A stretch of DNA of 32,000 nucleotides. Origin: Pseudomonas aeruginosa. GTDB taxonomy: Bacteria > Pseudomonadota > Gammaproteobacteria > Pseudomonadales > Pseudomonadaceae. The stretch covers positions 4,350,001 to 4,382,000 of the forward strand of contig NZ_LN831024.1 in the NCBI RefSeq assembly GCF_001457615.1. The letters are read 5' to 3'. The notes beneath the pieces were generated by a model that did no database searches, was not told the origin of the DNA, and saw only the letters and a program-made list of their open reading frames with translations. A program made the position numbers and the translations under genes. This document shows, piece after piece, positions 20,443-28,456 of this stretch. Position 1 is the stretch's first letter; every line of letters begins with the position of its first letter.

Positions 20443-20471
20443 GCACCGTCCCGCCGGAGACTTCAGCGCAT

Positions 20472-20500
20472 AAAAAAACGGCCCTCGCGGGCCGTTTTTT
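20472..20500. terminator. Bidirectional rho-independent terminator between convergent braG and the 764-aa gene
   Basis: The sequence is AAAAAAACGGCCC-TCGC-GGGCCGTTTTTT, a GC stem flanked by an A-run and a T-run, so it can terminate transcription from both strands. Confidence 0.85.
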
Positions 20501-20517
20501 ATGCCGAGACGTACCGG

Positions 20518-22812
20518 CTACAGGCCGTAGCGCTCGATGGCGTCCAGGTGCGGCTGGGTGTCGACCTCCGCCGCTTCCGCCAGGCGCAGCCAGCACATCC
20601 GGTGCGGCCATTGCCCGGTGGCCTCCTGCAACGCCTGGTGCAGTTCGCGCGGCGCCTGCTGCGCGGGGGTCGCGACGGTGAAGTAGATCGCCCGCAGTTC
20701 CTCGCCGTTGCTGGTATCGGTGACCTGGTAGTCGCGGTTGCTGTGCACCCAGACCTTCCAGCCGCGCGCGTCGAGCGTTTCGCGGAAGGCGTCGAAGGCC
20801 TCGTCGCCCGGATACACGCCGTCCACCAGCCAGCTCGGCGAGTAACCACCGCTCTCGAGGACGTGCACCACCGCATAGGTGGGAACGAAACGCTTGCGTT
20901 CCTCTTCGTCTTCCGGAGCCGGATAGATCAGCCCGGCGTCGAACACCACCCAGTCACCGACCCGCTGGCTGCGGTTGCCCGGCGCGTTCTCGAGGACCCG
21001 CGCGGTCACCGGGCCGGTGCGCCGGGCGTAGTAGTCGAGCGCTTCGCCATCCTCGATGTAGCGGACGATCACCCAGCCCCAGTCTTCCTCGATCGGTCCG
21101 TCGCCGGCGGCGAACTCCATGCCCATGCCGGCAGCGACCTCGCGCAGCATCGTCCAGTCGCGCGCGGCGCTGGCAGCGGTCATCTGGTCCCACTGCACCG
21201 ACTGCGGCTCCTCCAGCTTGCCGGCCAGTCGCTGGTAGGCCTGCGCCGCCTCGGCGAAGCGATCCTGCTCCATCAGCGCCTTGCCCAGCAGGCTGTGGGC
21301 TCCCAGCGAGCCGGGGGAAATCTCCAGCACCGACTGGCAGGCGCGCTCCAGCTCCGGCCAGTCGTTGAGTTTCTCGGCCAGCTTGACTTCGCTCCACAGC
21401 GCGATCAGCGGCACGCTGTCGGCGTAGAGCCGGCCGAGGCGCTTGACCTGGTCGTACTCGCCGCGGGCCAGCAAGGCATTGAGCAGGTAGTAGGCCAGTT
21501 GCTGCTCCTCGTCGGTGTGGCGCTCGACGTACTCCCAGAGCAGGTCGATGGCCTCGTCGTCGGCGGAGCAGGCCTGTAGCGCCGAGGCGGCCACTTCGCG
21601 CAAGGCGGTGTCGTCGGGCCGCTCGGCCAGCGCCTGGAGCAGCCACTGCACTTCTTTCTCCGGGTTGCGCGGCGCGTCTTCGCTGCCCTGCGCAGCCAGC
21701 CAGTCGAGCAACTCCGCAGCCGGCACCGGCAGCTCCTGCTGCTGCGGCGCGGCATCGATCTCCTCCCTCAACCCGGCGAGCAACTGGCTGGCGCCCCGAT
21801 CGCGCTGCAACTGTTGAGCATGCTGTTCGGCCAGCGCCAGGTGGCGCCTGGCGCTCCATACCGAACCGCGTTGCAACGCGAGGCGGATGGCCTGGCTGGC
21901 AACATCGATGACCACCCGGTGCGCGCCCTTCTGCGAGTAGTGTTCGAGCATCTGCTGCAGGCGCCCGCCGAAGTCCCAGGTGTTGCGCTCAGGGGTCCGT
22001 TGCAGCAGCAGGTAGACGGCGCGCAGCCAGATCGTACGGTAGCGCGGGGCAATCTCGGAGAACGGTAGCAGCGCCTCCAGGGCCTCCTCGTCGCGCCCCA
22101 GCAACGCCAGGCCGTGGGCCTTGTACAGACGCCGCGGCTGGCTGATGTTGTTCCACTCCGCGCCCTCGACCTTCTCCTCCATCTCGCCGATCAGGGCCAG
22201 CGCCTGTTCCGCGCGCCCCAGGTTCAGCAGGATCGCCACGCGCATCTCCAGGAGGCTGTCGAATACCTCCTCGCCGGCGGCGAGGATCTTCTTCTCCTGT
22301 TCGGCCAGGAAGGCCAGGGCATCTTCGCCGCGCCCGTCGTCGAGCAGCGCCTCGGCCTTCTCGTTGCTCAGGCAGTGGAAGCAGGCCCAGGTCGGGTCGA
22401 TCCGCGCCAGGGTCTCGTCGCACACCTCGATGCGCTCCTCCACCCAGCCCGGGCCGTCGACGTTGGCGTAGCACGACGCCAGGTCCTGGGTCACGCAGAC
22501 TGACTGCGGGCAGGCCTGGGTGTCGTCGCGATTGGCCAGTTCGAACAGGGAAACGGCGTCGGCCAGGGCGGTCTCACCCTCCAGTTGGTTGCCGACCCGG
22601 TTACGCATTTCCCAGTGGCGGACGAAGATTTCCAGCCACGGGTTGTTCAACGTCCGGCTCAGCGCCTTGACCTCCGGCAACAGCGCCTCGGCGCGCTCCA
22701 CCTCGAGGTCGCAGACGTACGCGGTGAGTTCGTCGATCAGCCGCGCACTCTGCTCCTGGCCGGCCTCACGCAGGTCGGCGCGGAGCTTCTCCACCCAGTT
22801 CCAGATATCCAT
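20518..22812 (-). CDS. Large (764 aa) uncharacterised protein: N-terminal Cys cluster, long Ala/Leu/Glu-rich helical-repeat (TPR-like) body, C-terminal mixed domain
   Basis: ATG at 22812 with a GGAGA Shine-Dalgarno, 36 nt after the stop of the Hsp90 paralogue. Six Cys fall within residues 101-147. Amphipathic helix-pair-like segments recur (for example AEQALALIGEM, DEEALEALLPF, FAEAAQAYQRLAGKL). The repeat call is by eye only. Confidence 0.8.
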   Translation of the reverse strand: MDIWNWVEKLRADLREAGQEQSARLIDELTAYVCDLEVERAEALLPEVKALSRTLNNPWLEIFVRHWEMRNRVGNQLEGETALADAVSLFELANRDDTQACPQSVCVTQDLASCYANVDGPGWVEERIEVCDETLARIDPTWACFHCLSNEKAEALLDDGRGEDALAFLAEQEKKILAAGEEVFDSLLEMRVAILLNLGRAEQALALIGEMEEKVEGAEWNNISQPRRLYKAHGLALLGRDEEALEALLPFSEIAPRYRTIWLRAVYLLLQRTPERNTWDFGGRLQQMLEHYSQKGAHRVVIDVASQAIRLALQRGSVWSARRHLALAEQHAQQLQRDRGASQLLAGLREEIDAAPQQQELPVPAAELLDWLAAQGSEDAPRNPEKEVQWLLQALAERPDDTALREVAASALQACSADDEAIDLLWEYVERHTDEEQQLAYYLLNALLARGEYDQVKRLGRLYADSVPLIALWSEVKLAEKLNDWPELERACQSVLEISPGSLGAHSLLGKALMEQDRFAEAAQAYQRLAGKLEEPQSVQWDQMTAASAARDWTMLREVAAGMGMEFAAGDGPIEEDWGWVIVRYIEDGEALDYYARRTGPVTARVLENAPGNRSQRVGDWVVFDAGLIYPAPEDEEERKRFVPTYAVVHVLESGGYSPSWLVDGVYPGDEAFDAFRETLDARGWKVWVHSNRDYQVTDTSNGEELRAIYFTVATPAQQAPRELHQALQEATGQWPHRMCWLRLAEAAEVDTQPHLDAIERYGL

Positions 22813-22848
22813 ATGCTTCAGTCTCCATCAGGCGTGTTGCGAATTTTC

Positions 22849-24690
22849 TTATTGCCCCAGCAGGCGCTTCACCGAATCGGCGAGTCCGGCCAGGGCCTGG
22901 TTCAGCGAGGTCGCGGGCTGGCCGCGTCCCTGTCCGGCGATGATCACTTTGAACGAGCGCAGCAGCAACGCCGCATGGGCCGCTTCGTCGCGTTCCTCGC
23001 CGACGGCCGCGAGCAGCGCCTGCACCGCCGGATTGTCGAGGTTGACGTAGAGCCGGCTCGGCTGGCGATTGTCGAGCTTGCGGGTGAACTGCCGGGCCAG
23101 GCGCAACGCCGCGGTGGAAATACGCTTGTCGGCCTCGTCGTCCTCCAGTCGCCGCTTGAGTTCGGCGTCGCGGTCGGGCACCACCACAAGCGGCAATTCC
23201 TCGGGGCTGAAGCGGGCGATCACCAGTTGCTCCTCGGCGCCGCCCAGGTGTTCGGCCAGCCAGCCGGTCTCGCGCTCGGGCAGTCGGTCGAGGCGGAACA
23301 ACTGGCGGTTGCCCTGCTCGGTGCCCAGCTCCACCAGGCGCATCCCCTTGGCCTGCGCCCAGCGACGGAGGAAGGGTACCACCGCATAGCGATTGCCATG
23401 GGCCACCGGTACGCCCATGGCACGGAACAGCATTTCCTCGAAGCCGCTGTCGTTGTCCAGCAGCACATGCACCGCTCCGCGCGAAAGGAGTTCGGAAGCC
23501 GGGAGGTCGCCCTGGGAGGTGGGTACGCGCAGGCTGTCCATCATCAGCGCGAACAGACGCTCGTCGCACAACGCCGCTCCCAGCAGGGCCTCGTTGTGCC
23601 GCAGCAGGACCCGCCGCCAGGCCTCCGGCTGCTGCCGCGCCACCTCGCCGAGCCCGGCGATCAGCGCCTCGGCCAGCGCATGCTGGATCGCCGCGTAATG
23701 GTCGTCACGCTGCAGGTCCTCGCGGCTGGCGGTGGGCGTCAGGCGGTTCGATTCGATCACCCCGCCGACGAACCCGGCCCAGGACGGCAGCAGGTCGCGG
23801 GCGTCATCGTCGAGCAGCATGCCGCGGAGGAAAACCGAGAGATTGCGGTTGTCGCTGGTGCCATAGGTGCCGCCGTCCTGGATCCACAGCAGGCCCTGCA
23901 CGTCGACCCGCTCGTCCGGGCGCACCGGCAGGCAGCAGATCGGCTCGAAGTCGTGCTCGAAGCGTGCGGCGAACTCCAGGTCGCGGCGCTGCCGTTGCAG
24001 CGGGTGCAGCGCGGCGTCGGCGGCCAGCCGCCACGGCGGCGGCTCCGGGTTGATCGACTGGGCGTCGCCGCCGACGTGGATCGGCTCGCGCAGCAGCACG
24101 CAGTAGCGTTCGAGGATCTCGCGCAGGCGCGCGGCCTGGGTCAGCGCACTGTATTCGTCCTGCAGTTCGAGGGTGATCTCGGTACCCACCGGGCGCGCCG
24201 GCATCGGCGTCACGCTGTATTGCTCGGCGTTGCTGGAGACGTAGCAGAAGCCCAGTTCCGGCTGCTGGTAGGACGTGGTCCGCACGCTGACCCGGCGGGC
24301 CAGGACGAAAGCGGAGAGGAAGCCCAGGCCGAACATGCCGATCAGCCCGCTGTCCTCGTGGCCGGACTGGCGCAGTCCGCGGGTGTAGCCGACGCCGACG
24401 GTGGCCAGGTAGGCGTGGATTTCGTGCTCGGTGAGCCCGGCGCCGGTGTCGACGATGCGCACGGTGTTGCTGGCACTGTCGCCGATCACCTCGATTCGCG
24501 ACGGCCCTTGCCAGTCGGGCTGCTCCAGGCGGCGACGGAGGATCGAATCGTGGGCGTTCTGCACCAGCTCGCGCAACGCCACGGTGGGCGTGGAATAGAG
24601 GTGCTTGCTGAGCACCGACATCACGCCGTTGAGGTCGACTCCGGCGCGACGGATCTGGGGAGTGTTCGATTGCGGAAAGCTGCTTTGCAT
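22849..24690 (-). CDS. Divergent Hsp90-family (HtpG paralogue) GHKL ATPase
   Basis: GHKL motifs are present: LRELVQNAHDS (N box), VDTGAGL (G1) and GMFGLGFLSAF (G2). The middle-domain block FLRGMLLDDDARDLLPSWAGFVGGVIESNRLTPTASREDLQ is collinear with the HtpG block ending NVSREILQ, including the catalytic Arg. I chose the ATG at 24690 (613 aa). The track's GTG at 24759 adds 23 codons with rarer codons and is less likely. Confidence 0.85.
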   Translation of the reverse strand: MQSSFPQSNTPQIRRAGVDLNGVMSVLSKHLYSTPTVALRELVQNAHDSILRRRLEQPDWQGPSRIEVIGDSASNTVRIVDTGAGLTEHEIHAYLATVGVGYTRGLRQSGHEDSGLIGMFGLGFLSAFVLARRVSVRTTSYQQPELGFCYVSSNAEQYSVTPMPARPVGTEITLELQDEYSALTQAARLREILERYCVLLREPIHVGGDAQSINPEPPPWRLAADAALHPLQRQRRDLEFAARFEHDFEPICCLPVRPDERVDVQGLLWIQDGGTYGTSDNRNLSVFLRGMLLDDDARDLLPSWAGFVGGVIESNRLTPTASREDLQRDDHYAAIQHALAEALIAGLGEVARQQPEAWRRVLLRHNEALLGAALCDERLFALMMDSLRVPTSQGDLPASELLSRGAVHVLLDNDSGFEEMLFRAMGVPVAHGNRYAVVPFLRRWAQAKGMRLVELGTEQGNRQLFRLDRLPERETGWLAEHLGGAEEQLVIARFSPEELPLVVVPDRDAELKRRLEDDEADKRISTAALRLARQFTRKLDNRQPSRLYVNLDNPAVQALLAAVGEERDEAAHAALLLRSFKVIIAGQGRGQPATSLNQALAGLADSVKRLLGQ

Positions 24691-24857
24691 GTCCCTATCC
24701 AAGCGTTCGATGAATGGCGTCCGCTCGCACGCGAGCGGTCCGGTGCGGGATTCTGCCACGTTCCGTCACGTTCCTTGTGCAACGACGTGCCCGCGATGAG
24801 CTTCAGGCCGCATGGAAGCGGCCCGGAGTGCAATAGAGCCGCGTCGCGGCGAAATGT

Positions 24858-25772
24858 TCAACCCTCCAGGCCGATCAATTGTCGCCGGCTGCGCTCGAAC
24901 CAGTCGAGCAGGTAATCGGCGAGTACCTGGGTGCGCCGCGGCAGGCCGCCCTGGAACGGATGGACGAGGAACATCGGCGTGCTGCGCGTCTGGTAGTCGC
25001 GCAGCAACCAGGCCAGGCGGCCGTCGCCCAGTTCGTCGTGGACCATGTATGACGGCAGCCGGGCGATGCCGGTGCCGGCCAGCGCGGCTTTCTTCAACAG
25101 GCTGTAGTGGTTGCTGGCGAGAAAGCCGGCAACCCGTACCCGCTCCAGCCGATGGTGGCGGTGATAGAGCCACTCCTCGTGGCCGCTGTAGTGCGAGTTC
25201 AGCAGGCACTCGCGCTCGGCCAGCTCGGCCGGGCGTTGCGGCTCGCCGTGTCGCGCCAGGTAGGCGGGACTGGCGCAGGTGATTTCCTGCAGGACGAACA
25301 GCGGCCGCGCCACCAGCCGGGCGTCCTGCTCGACCCCAGAGCGAATCGCCAGGTCGAAGCCCTCACCAACCAGGTCGCGCAGGCCGTTGTACAGGTCCAG
25401 CTCGACGCGCAGCAGCGGATGGCGTTCCTGGAAGTCCTCCAGCAGTGCATCGAACAGGGTCTCGCCCAGCGAGACCGGGAGGGTCACCCGCACCCGTCCT
25501 TCCGCTCGCTCCTGCAAGCGCGCCACCGCCTGCCGCGCGCGCTCGGCCTGCACCAGCAAGGCCTGCGCCTCGGGCAGCAGCGCGGCGCCGGCGGCGGTCA
25601 GCGAAAGACGGCGGGTGGTGCGGTGCAAGAGGGTCACGCCGAGCTTCTGCTCGAGGACGCCAATGCGCTTCGACAGTTGGCCCTTGCTGCAACCGAGACG
25701 CTCGGCGGCGCGGGTGAAACTGCCCAGGTCGTGGAGTACGGCGAAGGCGGCGAGATCGTCCAGGTCCTTCAC
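24858..25772 (-). CDS. LysR-family transcriptional regulator
   Basis: 304 aa with a GTG start. The N-terminal winged HTH is LAAFAVLHDLGSFTRAAERLGCSKGQLSKRIGVLEQKLGVTLLHRTTR. It is divergent from the SDR gene. Confidence 0.92.
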   Translation of the reverse strand: MKDLDDLAAFAVLHDLGSFTRAAERLGCSKGQLSKRIGVLEQKLGVTLLHRTTRRLSLTAAGAALLPEAQALLVQAERARQAVARLQERAEGRVRVTLPVSLGETLFDALLEDFQERHPLLRVELDLYNGLRDLVGEGFDLAIRSGVEQDARLVARPLFVLQEITCASPAYLARHGEPQRPAELAERECLLNSHYSGHEEWLYHRHHRLERVRVAGFLASNHYSLLKKAALAGTGIARLPSYMVHDELGDGRLAWLLRDYQTRSTPMFLVHPFQGGLPRRTQVLADYLLDWFERSRRQLIGLEG

Positions 25773-25877
25773 GATTGTTTCCCTATGAAAACGGTAGGTT
25801 GTCGATTGACAGGATTATCCATGGCAAAAGCGACTCTACACTGGAAACCACTCACCTTCACTCAACGAGAGGCCTGT

Positions 25878-26477
25878 ATGAAAATCATCCTGATCGGCGC
25901 CAGCGGCACCCTTGGCAAGGGTATCGACAAAGAACTCTGCGAGCGCCACGAGATCGTCCGGGTAGGCAACAGCAGCGGCGATTTCCAGGTCGACATCAGC
26001 GACTCAGACTCCATTCGCGCCCTGTTCGAGAAAACCGGTCGCTTCGACGCGCTGGTCGCCGCGGTCGGCAAGGTGCACTTCGGCGCCCTGGAGGAAATGG
26101 GCGAGGCGCAATACCAGCTCGGCCTGCGCGACAAGCTGATGGGCCAGGTCAACCTGGTACTGCTCGGCCGCGAGTACGCCAACGACGGGGGCTCCTTCAC
26201 CCTCACCAGCGGCGTGCTCGCCGAGCAGCCGATCCGCTTCGGCAGTTCGGCGAGCATGGTCAACTGCGCCGTCGAGGGCTTCGTCCGCGGCGCAGCCCTG
26301 GAGTTGCCGCGCGGCCTGCGCATCAACGCCGTCAGCCCGACCGTGGTCAGCGAGGCGCTGCCCGGCTACGCGCCCTACTTCCGTGGCTTCAAGCCGGTTC
26401 CGGCGGCGGACGCCGCGCTGGGTTACGCACGCAGCGTGGAAGGCGCGCAGACCGGCCAGGTGTACCGCATCTGGTAA
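25878..26477 (+). CDS. Atypical short-chain dehydrogenase/reductase-fold protein (199 aa)
   Basis: The ORF track gives 25107-26477. I trimmed it to the ATG at 25878, which has a GAGAGG Shine-Dalgarno. The Rossmann motif is MKIILIGASGTLGKG. No YxxxK is visible anywhere in the sequence. Confidence 0.85.
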   Translation: MKIILIGASGTLGKGIDKELCERHEIVRVGNSSGDFQVDISDSDSIRALFEKTGRFDALVAAVGKVHFGALEEMGEAQYQLGLRDKLMGQVNLVLLGREYANDGGSFTLTSGVLAEQPIRFGSSASMVNCAVEGFVRGAALELPRGLRINAVSPTVVSEALPGYAPYFRGFKPVPAADAALGYARSVEGAQTGQVYRIW

Positions 26478-26487
26478 GCGATATTTC

Positions 26488-26886
26488 TCAGGAGAGGCGG
26501 TCGGCGTAGCAGGTCGGCGAACTGCCCGGCTGCTGGCGGTCCAGCTCCTCCTCGAGGAACTCGGCCAGCACCACGGCATTGTTGTGCTGCTGGTCGTGGG
26601 CGCCGTAGAGCAGCGTCAGGGTGCCCTCCCGAGCGCTGTCGAGCAGGCCCCACCAATGTTCCGGGTGCGCCTGCAACTCGGCGCGGTAGTGTTCGCGGAA
26701 GCTGTCGAAGAGTGCCGGATCGTGGCAGAACTGCTTGCGCACCTCGTTGGAGGGCGCCACGTCCTTCAGCCAGTCGTCCATGGCCAGGGCTTCCTTGCGG
26801 ATGCCGCGCGGCCACAGCCGGTCCACCAGTACGCGCCGGCCATCGGCGGGCGACGCCGGTTCGTATACACGCTTGCATTGGATCAT
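26488..26886 (-). CDS. DUF488 (YeaO-like) protein
   Basis: I trimmed this to the ATG at 26886, which has a GGGAG Shine-Dalgarno, giving 132 aa. [51 protein letters not shown] closely parallels my memory of E. coli YeaO ([32 protein letters not shown]...). Confidence 0.85.
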   Translation of the reverse strand: [132 protein letters not shown]

Positions 26887-26980
26887 CGATCGACTCCCTG
26901 GTTGCGATGAAGTCCGATCCGGACTTGAGCTAGGCCCGGACGCTCGGTAACGTGGGCGCATTTTCGATGGAGTCTTCCCT

Positions 26981-27646
26981 ATGCGCCCTGCCCGTCTGCT
27001 GGTCTACAGCCTGCTCCCCTTGTTCGCCGCCTGCCAGGTGTGGAAGCCCGAATCGCCGAGCACCAGTGTAGACACCCGCTTCCAGGGCGAACTGGTGAAG
27101 ATCAACGGCGCGCTGCAATTCCGCCCCTGTACCGAGAAGCGCCTGTTCAGCATCGAGGACGTGGCCAATACCGGCCTGCGCCGCGAAGCCGACAGCCTGT
27201 TCGACGACGGCGCCCAGGGCCTGTTCGTCGACCTGCGCGGCACCATGGGACCGGCCAAGGTCCGCGGTACCGACGGCAAGCTGGAGGTCAGCCGACTGTA
27301 CCGCGTGCAGAACGAGGGCCCCGGCTGCGACGACCCGAACTTCAAGCTGCTGACCTTCGCCGCCAACGGCAACGAACCCTTCTGGAGCGCCAGGGTGAAC
27401 AATCAGGGCCTGCGCCTGGACCGCCCCGAACACGAGACCCTGGCCTTGCCTTACGTCGCCGAGGAACTGCCGAACGGCAGCACCAGCTATTCCAGCGAGG
27501 CGAACGGCAAGAAGGTCGAATTGTGGATCGCCCCGTCGTCCTGCACCGACAGCATGAGCGGCGCCTTCAGCAGCTACTCCGCCGAACTGCGCATCGATGG
27601 CGAGACGCTGCGCGGCTGCGCCTATCCGGGCGCACTGGGCAAGTGA
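26981..27646 (+). CDS. Putative lipoprotein (221 aa), function unknown
   Basis: It has a signal peptide with a lipobox-like LFAAC (MRPARLLVYSLLPLFAAC/QVWK). Paired cysteines occur in both halves, and the C-terminal half contains GNEPFWSARV and CTDSMSG...LRGC. Confidence 0.75.
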   Translation: MRPARLLVYSLLPLFAACQVWKPESPSTSVDTRFQGELVKINGALQFRPCTEKRLFSIEDVANTGLRREADSLFDDGAQGLFVDLRGTMGPAKVRGTDGKLEVSRLYRVQNEGPGCDDPNFKLLTFAANGNEPFWSARVNNQGLRLDRPEHETLALPYVAEELPNGSTSYSSEANGKKVELWIAPSSCTDSMSGAFSSYSAELRIDGETLRGCAYPGALGK

Positions 27647-27676
27647 AGCGAGGGGCCGCGCAGCGGCAGCCCTTCC

Positions 27677-27928
27677 CTACAAGAGCAGTCCGGCCTGCTC
27701 CAGGCGCCGCCGCAGCGCCGTCAGGCCGCCCTCGTATTCCCAGTAGGCGACGCGCCCGTGGGAGGCGCTGACCAGCAGGTATTTCTCGCTGATCGACTGG
27801 ATCCGTTCGATGCGCAGCAGTTTCTCGACGAAGCGTTCCTCGCCGATCTGCTCGACGATTTCCCGGTTGTCCGCGTCGTAGCCGTGGACCATGAAGGCGG
27901 CGCGCACCTTGAGGCGGATGAAACTCAT
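27677..27928 (-). CDS. Small hypothetical protein (83 aa)
   Basis: The ATG at 27928 overlaps the GNAT stop as ATGA (27925-27928), which suggests translational coupling. The product starts MSFIRLKVRAAFMVHGYDADNREIVEQIGEERFVEKL. I saw no recognisable motif. Confidence 0.65.
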   Translation of the reverse strand: MSFIRLKVRAAFMVHGYDADNREIVEQIGEERFVEKLLRIERIQSISEKYLLVSASHGRVAYWEYEGGLTALRRRLEQAGLLL

Positions 27929-28446
27929 CGCACGGCTCTGCGCTGGAGGGAAAGATTGCGATGGCACACTGTCGAGCGCCCCGAGCCGTTCGGTCGCCGC
28001 GCCGGATCGGCGTAGGTTTCCAGCTCGACGAAGCCGGCCTTGCGCATCATTCCCGCCGACGCCAGGTTCTCTTCGTGACGATCGATATAGACGTCCTCGA
28101 TGCCTTCGTCGGCCAGTTGGGCCAGCACCGCCTCCAGCAACGCGCTGCCGAGCCCCTGGCCGGCCGCCGCCGGATGCACTACCGCCTCGCAGATGTAGGC
28201 CCGCGGCGCATCGGCACGCTGCGGCTGGTAATGGGCGAAATCCTCGGTGCGACGGAAGCTGGCGAACCCCAGCAGCCGATCGTCGCGCTCGGCCAGGACG
28301 GCACGTACCTCGCCGTCGGCGATGGCTCGCAGATGCGCACGCACCCCCTCCTCCGGCAAATGGTTCCAGGGATTCGGCCCGTGGCGCAGCAACAGGTCGG
28401 TCATGGCCTCGATATCGCCGGTTTCGGCAGCTCGCAAACGGTGCAT
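27925..28446 (-). CDS. GNAT-family N-acetyltransferase (173 aa)
   Basis: I trimmed this to the ATG at 28446, which is preceded by an AAGGAG Shine-Dalgarno and lies 10 nt after the PLP-enzyme stop. The acetyl-CoA motif A is visible: VVHPAAAGQGLGSALLEAVL. Confidence 0.88.
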   Translation of the reverse strand: MHRLRAAETGDIEAMTDLLLRHGPNPWNHLPEEGVRAHLRAIADGEVRAVLAERDDRLLGFASFRRTEDFAHYQPQRADAPRAYICEAVVHPAAAGQGLGSALLEAVLAQLADEGIEDVYIDRHEENLASAGMMRKAGFVELETYADPARRPNGSGRSTVCHRNLSLQRRAVR

Positions 28447-28456
28447 ATCCACTCCT

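Noticed and set aside
22849-24690. The GHKL ATPase considered as part of a MORC/MutL-like anti-phage defence system.
   Set aside because: The protein retains an Hsp90-type middle domain with the catalytic Arg block rather than an S5/MORC-type transducer. No nuclease, methylase or other typical defence partner is adjacent. The flanks are housekeeping genes with no mobile-element signatures.
24745-24760. TGGCAG AATCC CGCA upstream of the Hsp90 paralogue, considered as a sigma54 promoter.
   Set aside because: GG and GC are separated by 9 nt rather than 10, and the -12 element lacks TTGC. This contrasts with the exact matches at flgB and flgF.
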